Assembly: GCA_964019335.1 (NCBI GenBank)
Contig: OZ025764.1
Span: 21,862-85,861, forward strand
Reading direction: 5' to 3'
Source: Diplonema japonicum
Taxonomy: Eukaryota > Protista > Euglenozoa: Diplonemea
Length of the DNA: 64,000 bases
The notes under the pieces: generated by a model
What the model saw: only the letters and a program-made list of their open reading frames with translations
What the model was told of the DNA's origin: nothing
The model's database searches: none
Shown: positions 10,935-23,600 of the stretch, piece by piece
Layout of the letters: every line of letters begins with the position of its first letter
Numbering within the stretch: position 1 is the stretch's first letter
Program-made: the position numbers and the translations under genes

Positions 10935-12362
10935 GTTACCTGAGCGGAGGAGGGGTGTTTTTACTTTTTTTAAAGTGTGAAACGACAATAAAGCACTTTC
11001 TCAGTATGCGTATGAGCTCCTGCGAATGGGACAAAAAAGAAGGGGGGGGGGGAAAAAAAGGGAGGGAAAGAAATATAATTATGAAGCGAAAAAGAAAGAT
11101 GTAGTGAAGTGTAATCCCCATGTCGACGTTATCCTCAGCTCGAGGGGGTCGTGCTTGGAACTAGTCTTTGAAAAACCCGGGTGAGTGTAGTCTAATAGTA
11201 AGCCCCCTGACAAATGACTGCATAAACAGCCATCATGCAGGCTCGTATTTCGGATAAGAGAAAACAATAAATGCCACCTCTCCCAGCTTCACCTTCTCAA
11301 GCCCAGTGCTAGCTCCGACACTGTGCCGTGTTCCTGCTCCCTCGCAGCTGTTTCTGACGTTACCAAAACCGCTAAAACCTGGTTTTGACCTTAAAACTGA
11401 ATTTTTCACGGTTTCTTCTTTTATATCGGAAAATATAGAGAATATTTCTTTTTTGAGAGGGTGGCATGCCCACAATATGCAACGAAAGTGTCAATTGGCC
11501 TCATTTGGGGGGGAGGGGGGGTTTTCTTTTTGAAATCGACCCCATATAAAAAAGCTTTTTTTCCATCGCTCTTCTTAGAAAAGAAAAACTATTTCAACCT
11601 ATTTCAAAATGAAAGAAAAATTCGATCTTGTAGCATCAAGGTGACAAATCGAACAACGCTCCAAGTGTACCATAAAGTACAATGGGTGGGGGTTGTTTTG
11701 TAATCAAATGACACATTGGAGTGGGTTCTAACCTGTGCGGCACCACATCTCAGACATTGGCGTGCCTGATCCCCGTTTCCTCGCGGTAGAGTGGGGCATC
11801 TTTTTCTTTTGCCGAAGCCAAATGCGATGCCGAGCACCGTCACCCTGACACAGACTTCCCTGAAATGACTCGCTTAGGGAGGTGTCGTTACGCACCTAGA
11901 CCCGGCCAAAGGCCCCAAGAAAAATTCACTCTGATAGGAACGAAGTGGTTAGCAACGGCCCGCAGAAAAAGAAAAAAACTATTCTGTTAACTGAATAGTG
12001 CAATATTTCCTAGAGGCGCTCTTGCAACTACCAGTGCCAAAGCAATGGGCTAAACTCGCACACTGGTGTGAGTTTCAAGGGAGCATTTATCTTACGCCTG
12101 TAAGCTAGAGTGCGCATGCATCCCCAGCTCGCTTTGGGAGGTGTTGCTTCGCGGTCCGACCTGCTGCCCAATTCAAAGCGCGGTTGCGGTGAATCCAAGC
12201 CCCCTGTTGCCAGTTCGCCGGATGAGCATACTGCAGGGACTTCCACTCATCCGTTGCCCGGTGGGTTACCACGAGGAGGTCAGCAACAATTCTATACTTT
12301 TGATCGCCTGTTCTACATTTAGAATTGTCTCACCTGTAAAAAAGAAAAAGAAAATATATGAG

Positions 12363-12663
12363 TTAAAGGAGGCCGGTGTTGGCGGCGCCCTGCACAAGAA
12401 CTGTCTACTGATTACAGGGGGTGCACCGCAGTTGTAGCTTCTTCTGCGTTCCGTGTCGTGTCCTTAATGCGTGCGGTGTGCAGCTCAACCCCAGCCAGGG
12501 CGTCCCGGGTAACCAAGATTCTGCGCTCGTGCAGTTTGCTGCCTGTTCGTCACCCTGAGCATCTGTATTACGTTCTTCCACTCGGGCGCTACCGACGAGG
12601 AGGTCAACAGCGAACAACATCTGATGTTTTTCTTATATTTTCATGTTATCCCCACCACCTTAA
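12363..12663 (+). repeat. Repeat module A (~300 bp, TTAA-bounded, MITE/SINE-like), full copy
   Basis: ttaaaggaggccggtgttggcggcgccctgcacaag ... gcttcttctgcgttccg ... ttatccccaccaccttaa. Near-identical copies at about 29140, 29461, 29710, 31105, 57922, 58208 and 63399. Confidence 0.85.
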
Positions 12664-12680
12664 AAAAGAAGAAAAAAAAA

Positions 12681-12903
12681 GTTGTCTCGATTTTAGTGCC
12701 ATGCAGTATGTGACACAGCGGCCGCCACCCTTGTGAAACTTCGCCCCGAAGCCTCCCAAGTCCAAGTCCCCTGTGGTCCCGTAGTAAGTAAAAGTGGAGA
12801 GGTAAAGAAAGCTTGGAAATTGAAATAGGGAGAGGGGCCACAGAAGCAATTAAACACCAACTGGAGAGTATGTTGTGGGAGGCTTGCTTCACTGGCACGA
12901 TGC
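12681..12903 (+). repeat. Repeat module B (~220 bp)
   Basis: gttgtctcgattttagt...cactggcacgatgc; near-identical to 58892-59104. Confidence 0.85.
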
Positions 12904-13081
12904 TGCGGAGAGGCTACTTGCCTGACCTGGGAGCCACCTCCTTGTTCGATGTAATGGGATAAGGGACTCTCCGTTGAGGGCGATGCTAACTGGCGCCACG
13001 CGTAGGGTGGGCTCTCCAAACCACAATTACCAGGAACCACCACAGGGAGGTTGGAAACATTGGTCCCCAAAAAAGAAAAAA

Positions 13082-13125
13082 AAATGGGGCTTTGATTGCA
13101 ACACTAGGTGGCGTTAAGCGTGCAA
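13082..13125 (+). repeat. Repeat module E
   Basis: aatggggctttgattgcaacactaggtggcgttaagcgtgcaa is identical at about 31047; variants at about 29412 and 29661. Confidence 0.75.
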
Positions 13126-13181
13126 TAAAAACAAAAAAAGAGAACCAAACATTTCTTTCTTTTTTCTTTTCTCCCTTTTGT

Positions 13182-15605
13182 TCACTCAGTGCGTGCAATG
13201 GTAGCAGACGGGGTGTACTCCATCATAATGCGCCCTTCTGCGATGTTCGTGACGGACCACGCTTCGAGTTCGGTGGGTTTAACGATGTGAACTAAGGGGC
13301 GGACCTTGGGGTTGTCAAGCAACTCGGATAAAGCCTTGCCAATGTGGTCCACTTTCTGGGCCTCCTCCAGCTGGTACATCCATTCTCCTTCCTGGGAGAC
13401 AATCGGGGAGCCTGCCGCACTAACGATGAACGGCTTCCCTCCTAGAATGGTAAGGATCGCAACGCAGTTAACCTCGAACTTACCGGCGATGAACTCAGCG
13501 ACTGTAGGGGACACAAGAGTGACAGACCGATTCACCTCTTTAACGACAATGGTACCCACTGCTGAGATGCCCTGTTGCTCTGCCAGCGAGTTACCCTTCA
13601 ACCCGAACCCTTTGTTCAGACTTGACCCGAGGTTTCCAGCCACAAATTCCCCATGGGAAACTGCCATGTTGGTTTTACAGTGGCAAGATAGCTTTTTCAT
13701 ATCGGCGATCGCTTTGCAGAATGTGACCGCGCGTGTCATGGCTTCAGTGCAGCGCAGCCCGATATTCCATGTTATTGTGAAGACAAGCGGTTCATAAACC
13801 GCGAAGCCGTGGACCAGCCCTCGGGTGGCGAGGGCAGCCTCATGTATCCCTTCGGCAAGTGTTCCGAAAGCTGCAAAGATGTTGTTTTCCGACACAAACG
13901 CCAGCCTGACAACGCTGCCCCTGTAGCCTTGCATCTGCATTGATAAGTTGTGCGCTGCGACTGCGGCGTTTCTCGACTTACGTGTGCTCAAGCTTTTTTG
14001 GGTGCTTTGGCTGTTTTCGCTCACGGCATCCTCTTCATTTTCAACTTCTTCAGTGTTGTCATTGACGAACAGTGTGTTTGGGAGGTACGCCTTGTACTCC
14101 CTAAGACCTTTGATCGCATGCAGCAAGCCGTCCGTCACACGCGCCACCTCCTTCACCATGACAGGCTTGTACATTGCGTTCATATGCGTCTCAGCTACGT
14201 CCAAGTCCATCGTCTCCAGATACTGATTCCCAACAACAAGATTCCCCAGCGGGCGGGCGATCAGAATGATTTCGCACAGTGCAATGACGCTGTCCACCAT
14301 GAAGATGACGACGGAAGCGATGATGAGCTGCACGAGCGCTGCGTAGACCTTGTCGTTGACGGAGGAGACGGTGCGCATCCAGAGCAGCTCGAACCTCATG
14401 GTCGACGCGGTGAAGACGTGCGTCATGCGCAGGAAGTACTCCCCGCTTTCCAGCGCCGTGTCCACGTGGTAGTCCTTCTTGTACATCGGGTTGGTCTTGT
14501 TCACATCGGACGCCGCGAAGTGCTCCCCGTACCGGATATGGGTGCGCATGTTTGTCGATGAAAGGTCAGCAGTGAAGAAGGTCCCATTGGGTCGCACGAC
14601 CGATGCATTCACAGCTTCAGACACAGTGGACCCCAGGTCGCTGGGGTGCAGGACGCAGTCCTGTCCCTGTTGCGCACCGCTGCAGCTGAAGCACATTGTG
14701 TAGCACTCGAACTTAATAACAGGCCCCTCGTACAGGGTGTGCGCGTAGACCTGCCCTGCACCGGAGTCTAGCACCACGAGCTCAACATTTGGTGCCTCAA
14801 ACTCCCTGATGACAGGTGTCCATGCTTGGAAGATGAAGAACATGCCCACCACAAGGTCGAAGTCACCCTGCGGCCAGCGCAGCGTGTACCTGATGCGGTA
14901 CTGTGTGGAGGCATAAGGGGTCCCGTCGATAGCGTTCCAGAAGTAAGCAGGGGACCACACCCCGGTGGTGGGGATGCCCGCCATGTTCTTCACAAAACCC
15001 TCTTGCGAGTCGTATACCTTTTCAGAATTGAGGACCTCCGGAGCGGGCACACCTGTTTCGTTGTTGAGCGCCGTGAACTGCTTAAAGAACTCCACTTTGG
15101 TGCTGTTGACCCTCCTGCCTGAGTATTTACTGCGGACCCAGTACTTGGCAGGCTCACCGTTGTTGTCAAGGATGGGGTCAAACCAGATGAACTGTCTGGA
15201 GTACTCTTCAGAGTCCCAGGGGCAGTTCAGACCTGAGGTGCAACTAGGGTTGTAGGCTCGTGCGAGGTAGTAGCCACCACCGTTATCGTACAGAGTAGGA
15301 CGGAGGGAGGCGAAGATGAACGTCCCAAAGATATTCTGGATGTGTGGTATGCCCAGCGAGATGTTCATGACGTCCTCCCTGTTGAAGAGCAGGTGGCCTT
15401 CCTCCGTCATTGTCTCAACGTCTGACAGCATCCCTGCCAGGCGGAGCTTCGCGCTGTGGGACGTCGCCGCACTCGTGTCGTCCACCGCCGAGCGGAGCAC
15501 CGAAATGCTCTCCGCATAGAGTAGAAACCCTGCAAGGAGGGAGATCGCTGTTGACACTATCGTCGAGATGAAGATTATGACTTTCGAAGGTATGTGTAAG
15601 GGCAT
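13182..15605 (-). CDS. Two-TM receptor with extracellular domain, HAMP-like linker and degenerate class III cyclase-homology domain
   Basis: TM helices at about aa 8-30 and 423-450 flank a large extracellular domain. LREYKAYLPNTLF signalling helix. Cyclase-like SHGEFVAGNLGS..FGLKG, but no FTDI or GD catalytic Asp motifs. Confidence 0.65.
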   Translation of the reverse strand: MPLHIPSKVIIFISTIVSTAISLLAGFLLYAESISVLRSAVDDTSAATSHSAKLRLAGMLSDVETMTEEGHLLFNREDVMNISLGIPHIQNIFGTFIFASLRPTLYDNGGGYYLARAYNPSCTSGLNCPWDSEEYSRQFIWFDPILDNNGEPAKYWVRSKYSGRRVNSTKVEFFKQFTALNNETGVPAPEVLNSEKVYDSQEGFVKNMAGIPTTGVWSPAYFWNAIDGTPYASTQYRIRYTLRWPQGDFDLVVGMFFIFQAWTPVIREFEAPNVELVVLDSGAGQVYAHTLYEGPVIKFECYTMCFSCSGAQQGQDCVLHPSDLGSTVSEAVNASVVRPNGTFFTADLSSTNMRTHIRYGEHFAASDVNKTNPMYKKDYHVDTALESGEYFLRMTHVFTASTMRFELLWMRTVSSVNDKVYAALVQLIIASVVIFMVDSVIALCEIILIARPLGNLVVGNQYLETMDLDVAETHMNAMYKPVMVKEVARVTDGLLHAIKGLREYKAYLPNTLFVNDNTEEVENEEDAVSENSQSTQKSLSTRKSRNAAVAAHNLSMQMQGYRGSVVRLAFVSENNIFAAFGTLAEGIHEAALATRGLVHGFAVYEPLVFTITWNIGLRCTEAMTRAVTFCKAIADMKKLSCHCKTNMAVSHGEFVAGNLGSSLNKGFGLKGNSLAEQQGISAVGTIVVKEVNRSVTLVSPTVAEFIAGKFEVNCVAILTILGGKPFIVSAAGSPIVSQEGEWMYQLEEAQKVDHIGKALSELLDNPKVRPLVHIVKPTELEAWSVTNIAEGRIMMEYTPSATIARTE

Positions 15606-17450
15606 TTTTCCTTTCTTTTTTAGTCGTCCTTGCGGAAATTGGGATATTTTGATAAACTAACTTGTCAAAGCAAACTTCAACAAAAAAAAAGAAAAAAAGG
15701 AAATAAAAAAAAAAGAAGAAAAAAAAAAACGTGGGAAGAGGAGGAAGAGGAAGAGGAAGAGGAAAGGAGGATAAATAGTGAGGCGCCTAAACTTTTTTCT
15801 TCTTTTTTTTCTTTTTTTTTTCCTTCTGAAATTCCAAGTGGGGCGATACGGGGGGGGATGTATTTTTTTCATTTTCTTCTAAAAAAAGATTACTCCACAC
15901 AAAGGCATGCAAGGTTCAGCCTCGTTGAAATCTCTGCAAACACCACTTGCCAGCCGCCAAGGATGTGACGGGAAGCCCCTCCTTGTTGGTCAGCGAGTAG
16001 CTATTTGTTCCACCTTTTGTCACTAATATTTATTATATTTTCTGTTTTTTTTTCTTTTTTTTTCGTTCTTTTTCCCCCTGGCATTATATCTCTTCCCACC
16101 CTTCCTCTACCTTGATGGAATAAAAAAAAAAAATATAAAAATAAAACATGATTTTTTTTCGTTTTTCTTTCTTTTTTTTTTTTTTTTCTCTCTCTTTCTT
16201 TGGTTTTTTGTTCCCTTTTTCTTTTCTTGTTTCTTTTTCTCTGTTATTCTTTGGGCGAGGGACAAATGAAGAAACAATGAAGCCTTTAACGGGCCTCACT
16301 GTTTAGCCAGATGGTGGGAGAGCAGAAGGTTCGCGGGGCGGGCAGGGCGGGGGAAAACACGTGATTGATACCATCCACGAGCTGACTCGATAAAACTGTC
16401 ATCTTTCTTTTTAGGTGCATATGTATAAAAAAGATCTTAATAAATATTTTTTTTCTTTTTTTTTTTTTTGGGGGGGCTGTAAGAATCGAGTTATTGTGAG
16501 TCAGGAGGGAGGGGAAAGAAGTGAAAAAAAAAGACATTTAGAAAAAAAGGGGGGGTGATGATAGCGAGGGGGGGGGGGGGGGGGGGGGTGAAACAAAGGG
16601 GGTATTTTGTACTATAAACAGCTTTTTGAAATAAAGGGGGGGGGGGGTGGGGCGAATAATTCTATCCCAAGTGATGTGTTTTTTTTTTCTTTTCCCAAAT
16701 GTCGTAAAACGGGTTTTTCTCAGTTACGCACCGGGTAGTTCTGTGAAGTAAGGTGAAGTAAGCACTTTGACGGAGTCGTCCGTTTAGACAGTGCAGCACG
16801 GAACCTTGCCACCCCTTGCAGCTTCTCAAGACGAAGAAGTGCTCAAAGCCGCGTTCCGTAAAGGGATTATTCGACCCCCCCTTTAACACATTTTTTTTTT
16901 TTTTTTTTTTTTGCCCGGCTTTTTTGTTCATGAACACAGGTGCCACACAGTGCGCCCTGAGTTTACTAAATCGGGCCTAAAGCAACTCTCTATAGGTGCT
17001 CACAAAGGGAAGATATTTCTACTGCTCGTGGTCCAAAAAGAATTAAAAAAAAAAAAAAAAAAAAAAAACTAATCTTAGAGTTTAAGACTAGCTCTATTGT
17101 GTTTATTTTGATTTTTCCCCCTCTTTTCTACACTTGTGACCGAACACAATCTGGACGGGGGGGAAAATGCAAAAATCTGCAGAGAAATGTTTTGAAACAG
17201 TGGAAATGTGAGTTAAGGGCAGGAGAAAAAAAAAAAAGAAAAGGAGGAGTATTTATAAGAATTTGAAGAAGAAAAAACCCATCCATTTTCTTGTTCTCTC
17301 CCCCCCGCCCACATCCATTGCAACACTCTCGTTTTTTTTTATTTATTTTTTTCTTTTCTAACTATCCATGCTATGTTGCCACATGTGAAGGGCCATGCAA
17401 AAGGAATAAAATGAAGAAATGAGAAAAAAAAAAACACAAAAGAAAAGAAC

Positions 17451-17484
<34 letters not shown>

Positions 17485-17628
17485 AACACCCACATATCTC
17501 TCAACTTTTTTTTTCTTTTTTTTTTGGAAAGATGTGAGGTCAAAAAAAAAAAAAGAAAAAAAAGAAGAAAAAACAAAAAAAAGGTCAAGAAAAAAAAAAA
17601 AAAAAAAAAAAAAAAAGATCATTTCACC

Positions 17629-18060
17629 TTACTCAAAAGGCAGAAGAGCTTCATGAATGGCACCAGAAAGGAAATAATTAACACGTTCTGTTGACTGGTC
17701 GTCTGCAGCGATAGGCATGGCCACGACTCTGCTTGTCCCCACTATGCTCCCTACATTGCACTGCACCCTTGTCTGTGTGACCTGCAGCATCTCAAACATG
17801 TAACCACTGTAGGGAAGATCAAGAGCGGCACGCACAGTCCTGGAGTAACACAGCTTGCTCAGCAGCCCGGAGGCACCACGCCACAGCCTCAGCCCTCCAA
17901 AGTCATCGTACTGCCCCATCGGGTCCATGACTGGGGCCAACGGTGGCATTCTGACCACTTGGCTTGCAAGAGTCGCCTGAACCATTGGTATAGGGGCTGA
18001 GTTGTACATCCCAGCAGTGCACGTGTGAAGCACACAGAGAGCTAGCAGTTGACCACCCAT
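17629..18060 (-). CDS. Hypothetical secreted protein (143 aa, possibly the first exon of a longer gene)
   Basis: GC-balanced island with ATG at 18060 after an A-tract and signal peptide MGGQLLALCVLHTCTAG. The stop codon overlaps a GTAAGG donor-like site. Confidence 0.5.
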   Translation of the reverse strand: MGGQLLALCVLHTCTAGMYNSAPIPMVQATLASQVVRMPPLAPVMDPMGQYDDFGGLRLWRGASGLLSKLCYSRTVRAALDLPYSGYMFEMLQVTQTRVQCNVGSIVGTSRVVAMPIAADDQSTERVNYFLSGAIHEALLPFE

Positions 18061-18687
18061 TTTTTTTTTTGTTTTTTTTTTTTGTTTTTTCGTGCTTCTT
18101 TTTTTTTTTTTTTTTGAGAAAAAAAATGAATAAAAAATAAAATAAAATTTAAAAAAAGACGACAACGAAACGTAAAAAACGAAAAAAAAGAAAGGAAATA
18201 GGGGGGGGGGGGGGGGGGAGAGAGGAGGGTAAGGCAACCTAAAGAAGGAAACAGTTCCAGCCTGAGCTTTATATATATCCCCCCCCCCCCCTAAGGAAAA
18301 ATATAATTTCTTTTTGTTGGATTCTGGGGGAAATTGTACGTTTGATGTGAAACCGTTAACCTGGGGAACTTTTTTGTAATGCTACAGCGGAAGAGCGCCG
18401 ATAAGAATGCAGGACCAGCACAGTGAGGACACGGACCTCACACCAGGGAGCCAGGGAACAAGGACCTCACGGGGGGGATATTTTTTTAAAACCCTGGTTC
18501 CAGCAAGAAAAAATAGGGGGGGGAAAGACCCTTACAAAAAGAAAAGGGGCCGTAGTTGAAGTAGATTAGGGGGGAGAAAATGATAAAAAGGAAACAGGAA
18601 AAGAGGGGAGGGAACAGAAAAAAAAAAAAAAATGGCAAAACACCCACAAAGAAGACGCAATCCCTTTTTTTTTTTTTTTTTTTTAAA

Positions 18688-18795
18688 TTTAATTCTGAGC
18701 AGCTCTCTTAAAGAATTTAGGCTAAGAAAAAATAAAATCAGGTTTCACTTTAGTTCACGCTCGGGTTCGTCCTGCTGAGCGTGAAAACCGAAGGT
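18688..18795 (+). repeat. Repeat module F (partial copy of the 59.3 kb fold-back element)
   Basis: tttaattctgagcagctctcttaaagaa...aaatcaggtttcacttta.ttcacg is shared with 59251-59320. Confidence 0.7.
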
Positions 18796-19720
18796 AAGGG
18801 CATCAGCCTCGAGAAAGAGGCGAAAAAGTGGTGGAAGTCTTGCTTCCAACGGCAAGCAAAATGGCCTACAGGAAGGTGGGAGAGCTTTTGTACCCTACCA
18901 CTCGCTCAAACCAGAGAAAAACACTTTCTGTCCTGGTTTTGGCATTATGGAAAGATCAAGACAACAAAAAAGTAAAGTAGAAAAGCTCCAGGCGTTTGCA
19001 AAAAGAAAAAGCGCTCTGCTCCCCCCCCCTTATTTTTCTTTTTGATTACACACACAGGTACATTTCCTTAGATGAACTGTACCTAAGCATGTTAGTGACC
19101 TTCCCCATATACTTGTTCTTTAGCAAAAAAAAAAGAAGAAAAAAAAAAGAATGTTTTTTTTTTTTTCCCCTTTTTCCCCCCCTTTTTTTTTCTTCCTTTT
19201 TCGTAGAGTTTTCTGAACAAAATAGAATATTGCTGAAACAAAAAAAGGGGGGGGGGAGGGAGAGAGAGAGAGAGGGTCTGTTTCTCTTTTCTTTTTTTCC
19301 ATTATTTTCGATATTTTCTTTGACTCCTTCTTTTTTCTTTTTTTTTTTTTTAAATGTCCCTAGGGGGGAGATAAGGGGGCGAAAAGCAAGTTAAAAAAGA
19401 GAGGAAAAAAAAGGGTATAATTTTTAACTTTGTTTTTCTCCATCTTAATAAATCCCAGCTGGGGAGGGGGGGATGGGATGAATAAAAAATTCACCCCATC
19501 AAAAAAAAAAAAAAAAAAAAAAAAGAAGGAGGAACAGAAAAGTTATTTAAAGCCATATGGGTTTTATCATCAAATTCTTGCGATCCTTATTCTTTTTTTC
19601 TTCTTCTTTTTTTTTTTCATTTTTTTCTTTTTTTTTTTTTTTTGCTTAGACTCTTCCTACAACGATAGGTATGAAGAGAGGGGAAAGGTGAATAATATAA
19701 GGGAAAAAAAAAATATGATG

Positions 19721-19753
<33 letters not shown>

Positions 19754-20691
19754 AATCAAATATTCGTCGGTTGGTAACCAAATGCTAGAGTAAGCTCTAT
19801 GATCATTATTTTTCGGCATTCTCTCTTTTTCTTTTTTTTTTTTTTTTTTTTTTTTTTGGCCGAAACTAAGTTCTACATGATGCGTACCTAGACCCGGCCA
19901 AAGGTCTTTGTTAGGAAAGAGAAATATGCCAATAGTAGCCGGGTAGAGAATTAGAAAAAAAAGGTTTCTGCAAGATGCCACATAGGCCACACAGCCTAGT
20001 AAGCATGAATTGCCACAGAGTTCCAGCCAGAGCTGACATGGTTTCAGCAAGCACTGCAAGTAAGTGCAACCTGACGCAGTTGACCGAGGCATCTGTGGCA
20101 AAGGATTATCAAGAAACATTTACTTGAGTTGGTGATTTGGGTTTTTTTCTTTCTGGGTGGAAGAATAATTCTTTTGGTAGAGCCGCCACCTGCCAGTTGC
20201 ACATAAGGCATCAGGGTATTTTTTTTTTTTTATGTGTGGGCCCTTTAGGGGAAAAAATAGAAAATAATAAAAGTTTAAATAAAAAAACCGAAGCGCAAAA
20301 GTCAGAAGAAGAAAAAAAAAGGAAGGAAAAAAAAAAAAGGTTATCCAGGATTTTTTTTTTTTTTTTTTTTTTCCAGGAATGGTTCCAGGTCGCGTGGGAG
20401 GGGCTTTTTTTATTTTATTTTTTGTTGTTTTTTTTTTGCCCAAACTCCCATTCGTCTGTATCATTTTCTGGGGAAAAAAAAAAAGAGAAAGAGAAAACCC
20501 TGATTTTGTTGTAAAACAGGGGAAGCAGCGGCAGCCCTCTGTACGGTACCTCGCACGAAAACTAGAAAAAAAGAGATAGAAATAAAAAAGCAAAAGGGAG
20601 GGTGTCACCAAAAACCAAGAATAAAATCCACCCAAAAGAAAAAAATTGATCTTTTCGTCAAAGGTGGTCCAATTTCTTTTTTTTTTTTTTT

Positions 20692-23600
20692 TTAAACCTC
20701 TTCCTCTTCCTCCTCGTCTTGTACCTTCTTCCCCATTACCTCGGGTTCGGGCCGTGAACTGATTATCATCGTCGGCGTAATCTCCACATCCTTCACCCAC
20801 TGGTTAACATGTCTCAAAAAACTTACAGGAGCGGCGAAAAAAGACCGCTTCTCAGCAAACTCTATCAACGCAAGCGACGCCGCACCCTTCAGAACCAGGT
20901 CCACAAGAAGGAAAATAAACAAACAGCCGTACGGCCACAACGCACAAGAGAGAACGGCGGTAGTGAGCTTGGTGTTAGTCAACCCAGACGAAAAAAGCGA
21001 ACCGCAAGAAAAAGTAACAAGCATGGTAACGAGTGAGTACGTCTCCAGTGTGTTCATAAGGGGAACACGCATAGGCATGTAAGCCTTGTGGTGGGAGTAG
21101 AACACACACAATGCGACAAAAAGCAAGGGCAGCCCTACCTCGCTTTCCTTGGGGATCAACGACACAGTGGTGGCAACGACGAGCCTCCTCAGCACCGCGA
21201 ACACAAAGTACCAGTAGCATCCGTCATTATACATCGAGTGCAAGAACCCGAACATCTGCCTGTAAGCGGTCCCGTTTCGTCTTGTGCGGTCACGCAGCGC
21301 CCAGCATAGTGCGATCAGCGTGACGGGTAGTCCAACTACAACGGTTGGGATTAGACAAACTGATACTTTCCACATCAACTCGTAATCTGAGTTGTCCATT
21401 GAGCATTCAGTGTCAGGTGCTGTTACCATGTATTTCTTCCCAGTCCCGGGGTCTTCCTCGCATTGAAACACAGACAGCGACGCAACAGTCACAGGGAGGT
21501 ACAGGAAGGACGTACCAAGCAAAGCTACCTTGCACACTCTTACGACGACAGACGGATAGTCGGGGGCGGAGGGGTCCGCGTCGCTCAGGCTGAGGTTCGA
21601 TGCTGACGAGTTCTGGTTGGACAGGATGTAGTCTGCGCTGCGCACGCGAACGAGATTTTTAACGTGGGTACGCAACATCCACCACCCACCTACAAGGAAC
21701 ACCAATATGAGTACCACCCAGAACACGGTCACGATCGCCACAGACGTCACAGATCCTTCGAATGAAAACCACGACATCCCAGCAAGACAGGACAGCACCG
21801 TCGGCGACACCATTGCGTACTGAAACGGCCCGCTCAAGGACGACTTGACACTGACCGGCCACAAGAACGACGAATCGGACAGTAAAACAGCCTGCACCTG
21901 TGCGAAAAAAACACCCAATCTCATCAAATCAAGCAGCTGCTGTCGTTTCGACCATCCTCTGACAGACAAGACAACACCGATGGCTATCAAGATGATGGAG
22001 GCCATCAACACCACGATGCCAGCATCGGACGGGCAGACCTCGCATCGCCTACCGACTGAATAAAACCCGTCTCCGCATCTCCCGCACAATCTCCCTTTGT
22101 AGCCGTCCTTGCACACCCATGGATCCGCGTTGTCAGGGTTGCACGGGTTCGAGTTAACAGCATCGTCATAACACCTTTGAATGAGCTCCGGTTCTGCAAC
22201 AGGGTAGGGGTAGTACCCTGCTGGCGTCAAGACAGACTCACCACCTGAACAGATTCCGTTGGCAAGGCATGGTTTGCAGTTCGGTGGTGTTCCCCAAAAC
22301 CCTACGCTGCACGAGCAGTAGGAGTACCCGAAGTAGGAAGGGTCGACGCGGATGATGAGCTCCTTGTTGACGCCCTCCAGAATCTTGCAGTCGTAGTTGC
22401 CTGGGTACCCGGTTGTTCGTTCTGAGGACTTTGCGTAGTTCGGGATGCTTCCGTTGTTCCGCCCCTTCATCAAAGGGTTGCCATCGCTTAGAATGCCGTC
22501 TGCCTGAACGAGAATCGTGGGCAGCGCACCTGTCAGATTATTGTGGCTGACGTCAAAGAATGTAACTGTGAACAAGGACACGTCGATGGTGGAGGGCAAG
22601 CTGCCTTGGATGCTGTTGTGTCCGATAAGAAACCTTTGCAGACTCTTCCACCTCACCCCGCTCCCGGATCCTGCGGTGTAGAATGTGGACGGTCTCAACA
22701 TTCCCGTCAACCCGCATCTGCTGCCCCCGATCGTTGTCAACTGTTCGGCCTTCGCCCCTGACTCCAAGAACGTGTTAATATCAATGTTCAAAGGGTTTCC
22801 CGAGTACATGGCATGGCGAATCTTAGGCAGTTGGGCGAGGTCGGGGACAGACCCTGACAGCATATTCGATTCTACCGAAAACGTCTCCAGCGACACAGCA
22901 GACGCGATGGTGCTTGGGATGGTTCCTGAGAACGAGTTGTTGTCCAGCCTCAACATGAACATCTTCGACATGCTTCCGATGCAGTCTGGGATGGCCCCGT
23001 CCAACTTCACGTTGTTGTGCAGCCACATGGTACCCAAGCCTTGCATTGTGCACCACGATGCCGGTAACGTGCCTGAGAAGCTGTTCAAGGCAAGCCCAAT
23101 GAAGAACAGTTTTGGTGACACGACCTCAGGGAGACTCCCTGTGAAGTTGCAGGACGTTGCCGCCAGTGTGGCCTGAAAAGGGCGTGAAACCGCAGACGTC
23201 GGCAGCGTCCCTCCGAGCTTCTCATTGAGGTTCAGGTACAACCCGCGAAGCTTCGTCATTCCTGAGAAGATGTCCGGGAGCGTCCCTGACAAGTCAAGGT
23301 CATGAAAGTACAGCACGCTGAGCTCGGTGAGGCTCTCGTATTCTTGTGGAATCGTTCCTGTGATGTTCGCGGAGTAGAACCCGAAAGCCTGGGTCTTTTT
23401 AAGCCCCCCGCAGGATGCAGGCAGAGTTCCCGACAGCCCGGGCATGTCCCCCCACGTCACGTACAGCATGTCACTCATTTCACACAAGCCCTCTGGAATC
23501 GTCCCAGATAGCTGCAGATCATGGAAGTACAAAACCTTGAACGCCTTGCTGTCTCCGATGGTCGAAGGGATGGTGCCGGTTACGGCAAGCGAGCCTGCTT

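Noticed and set aside
11100-12330. GC-balanced non-coding stretch considered as an RNA gene or pseudogene
   Set aside because: No tRNA, SL or rRNA features and no coherent frame; only short matches to about 44521-44580 and 19855-19905.
16568-16650. Long G/C runs (also about 32585, 49820 and 50810) as transcription-start or G4 signals
   Set aside because: They occur on both strands with no strand switch and are indistinguishable from general homopolymer expansion.
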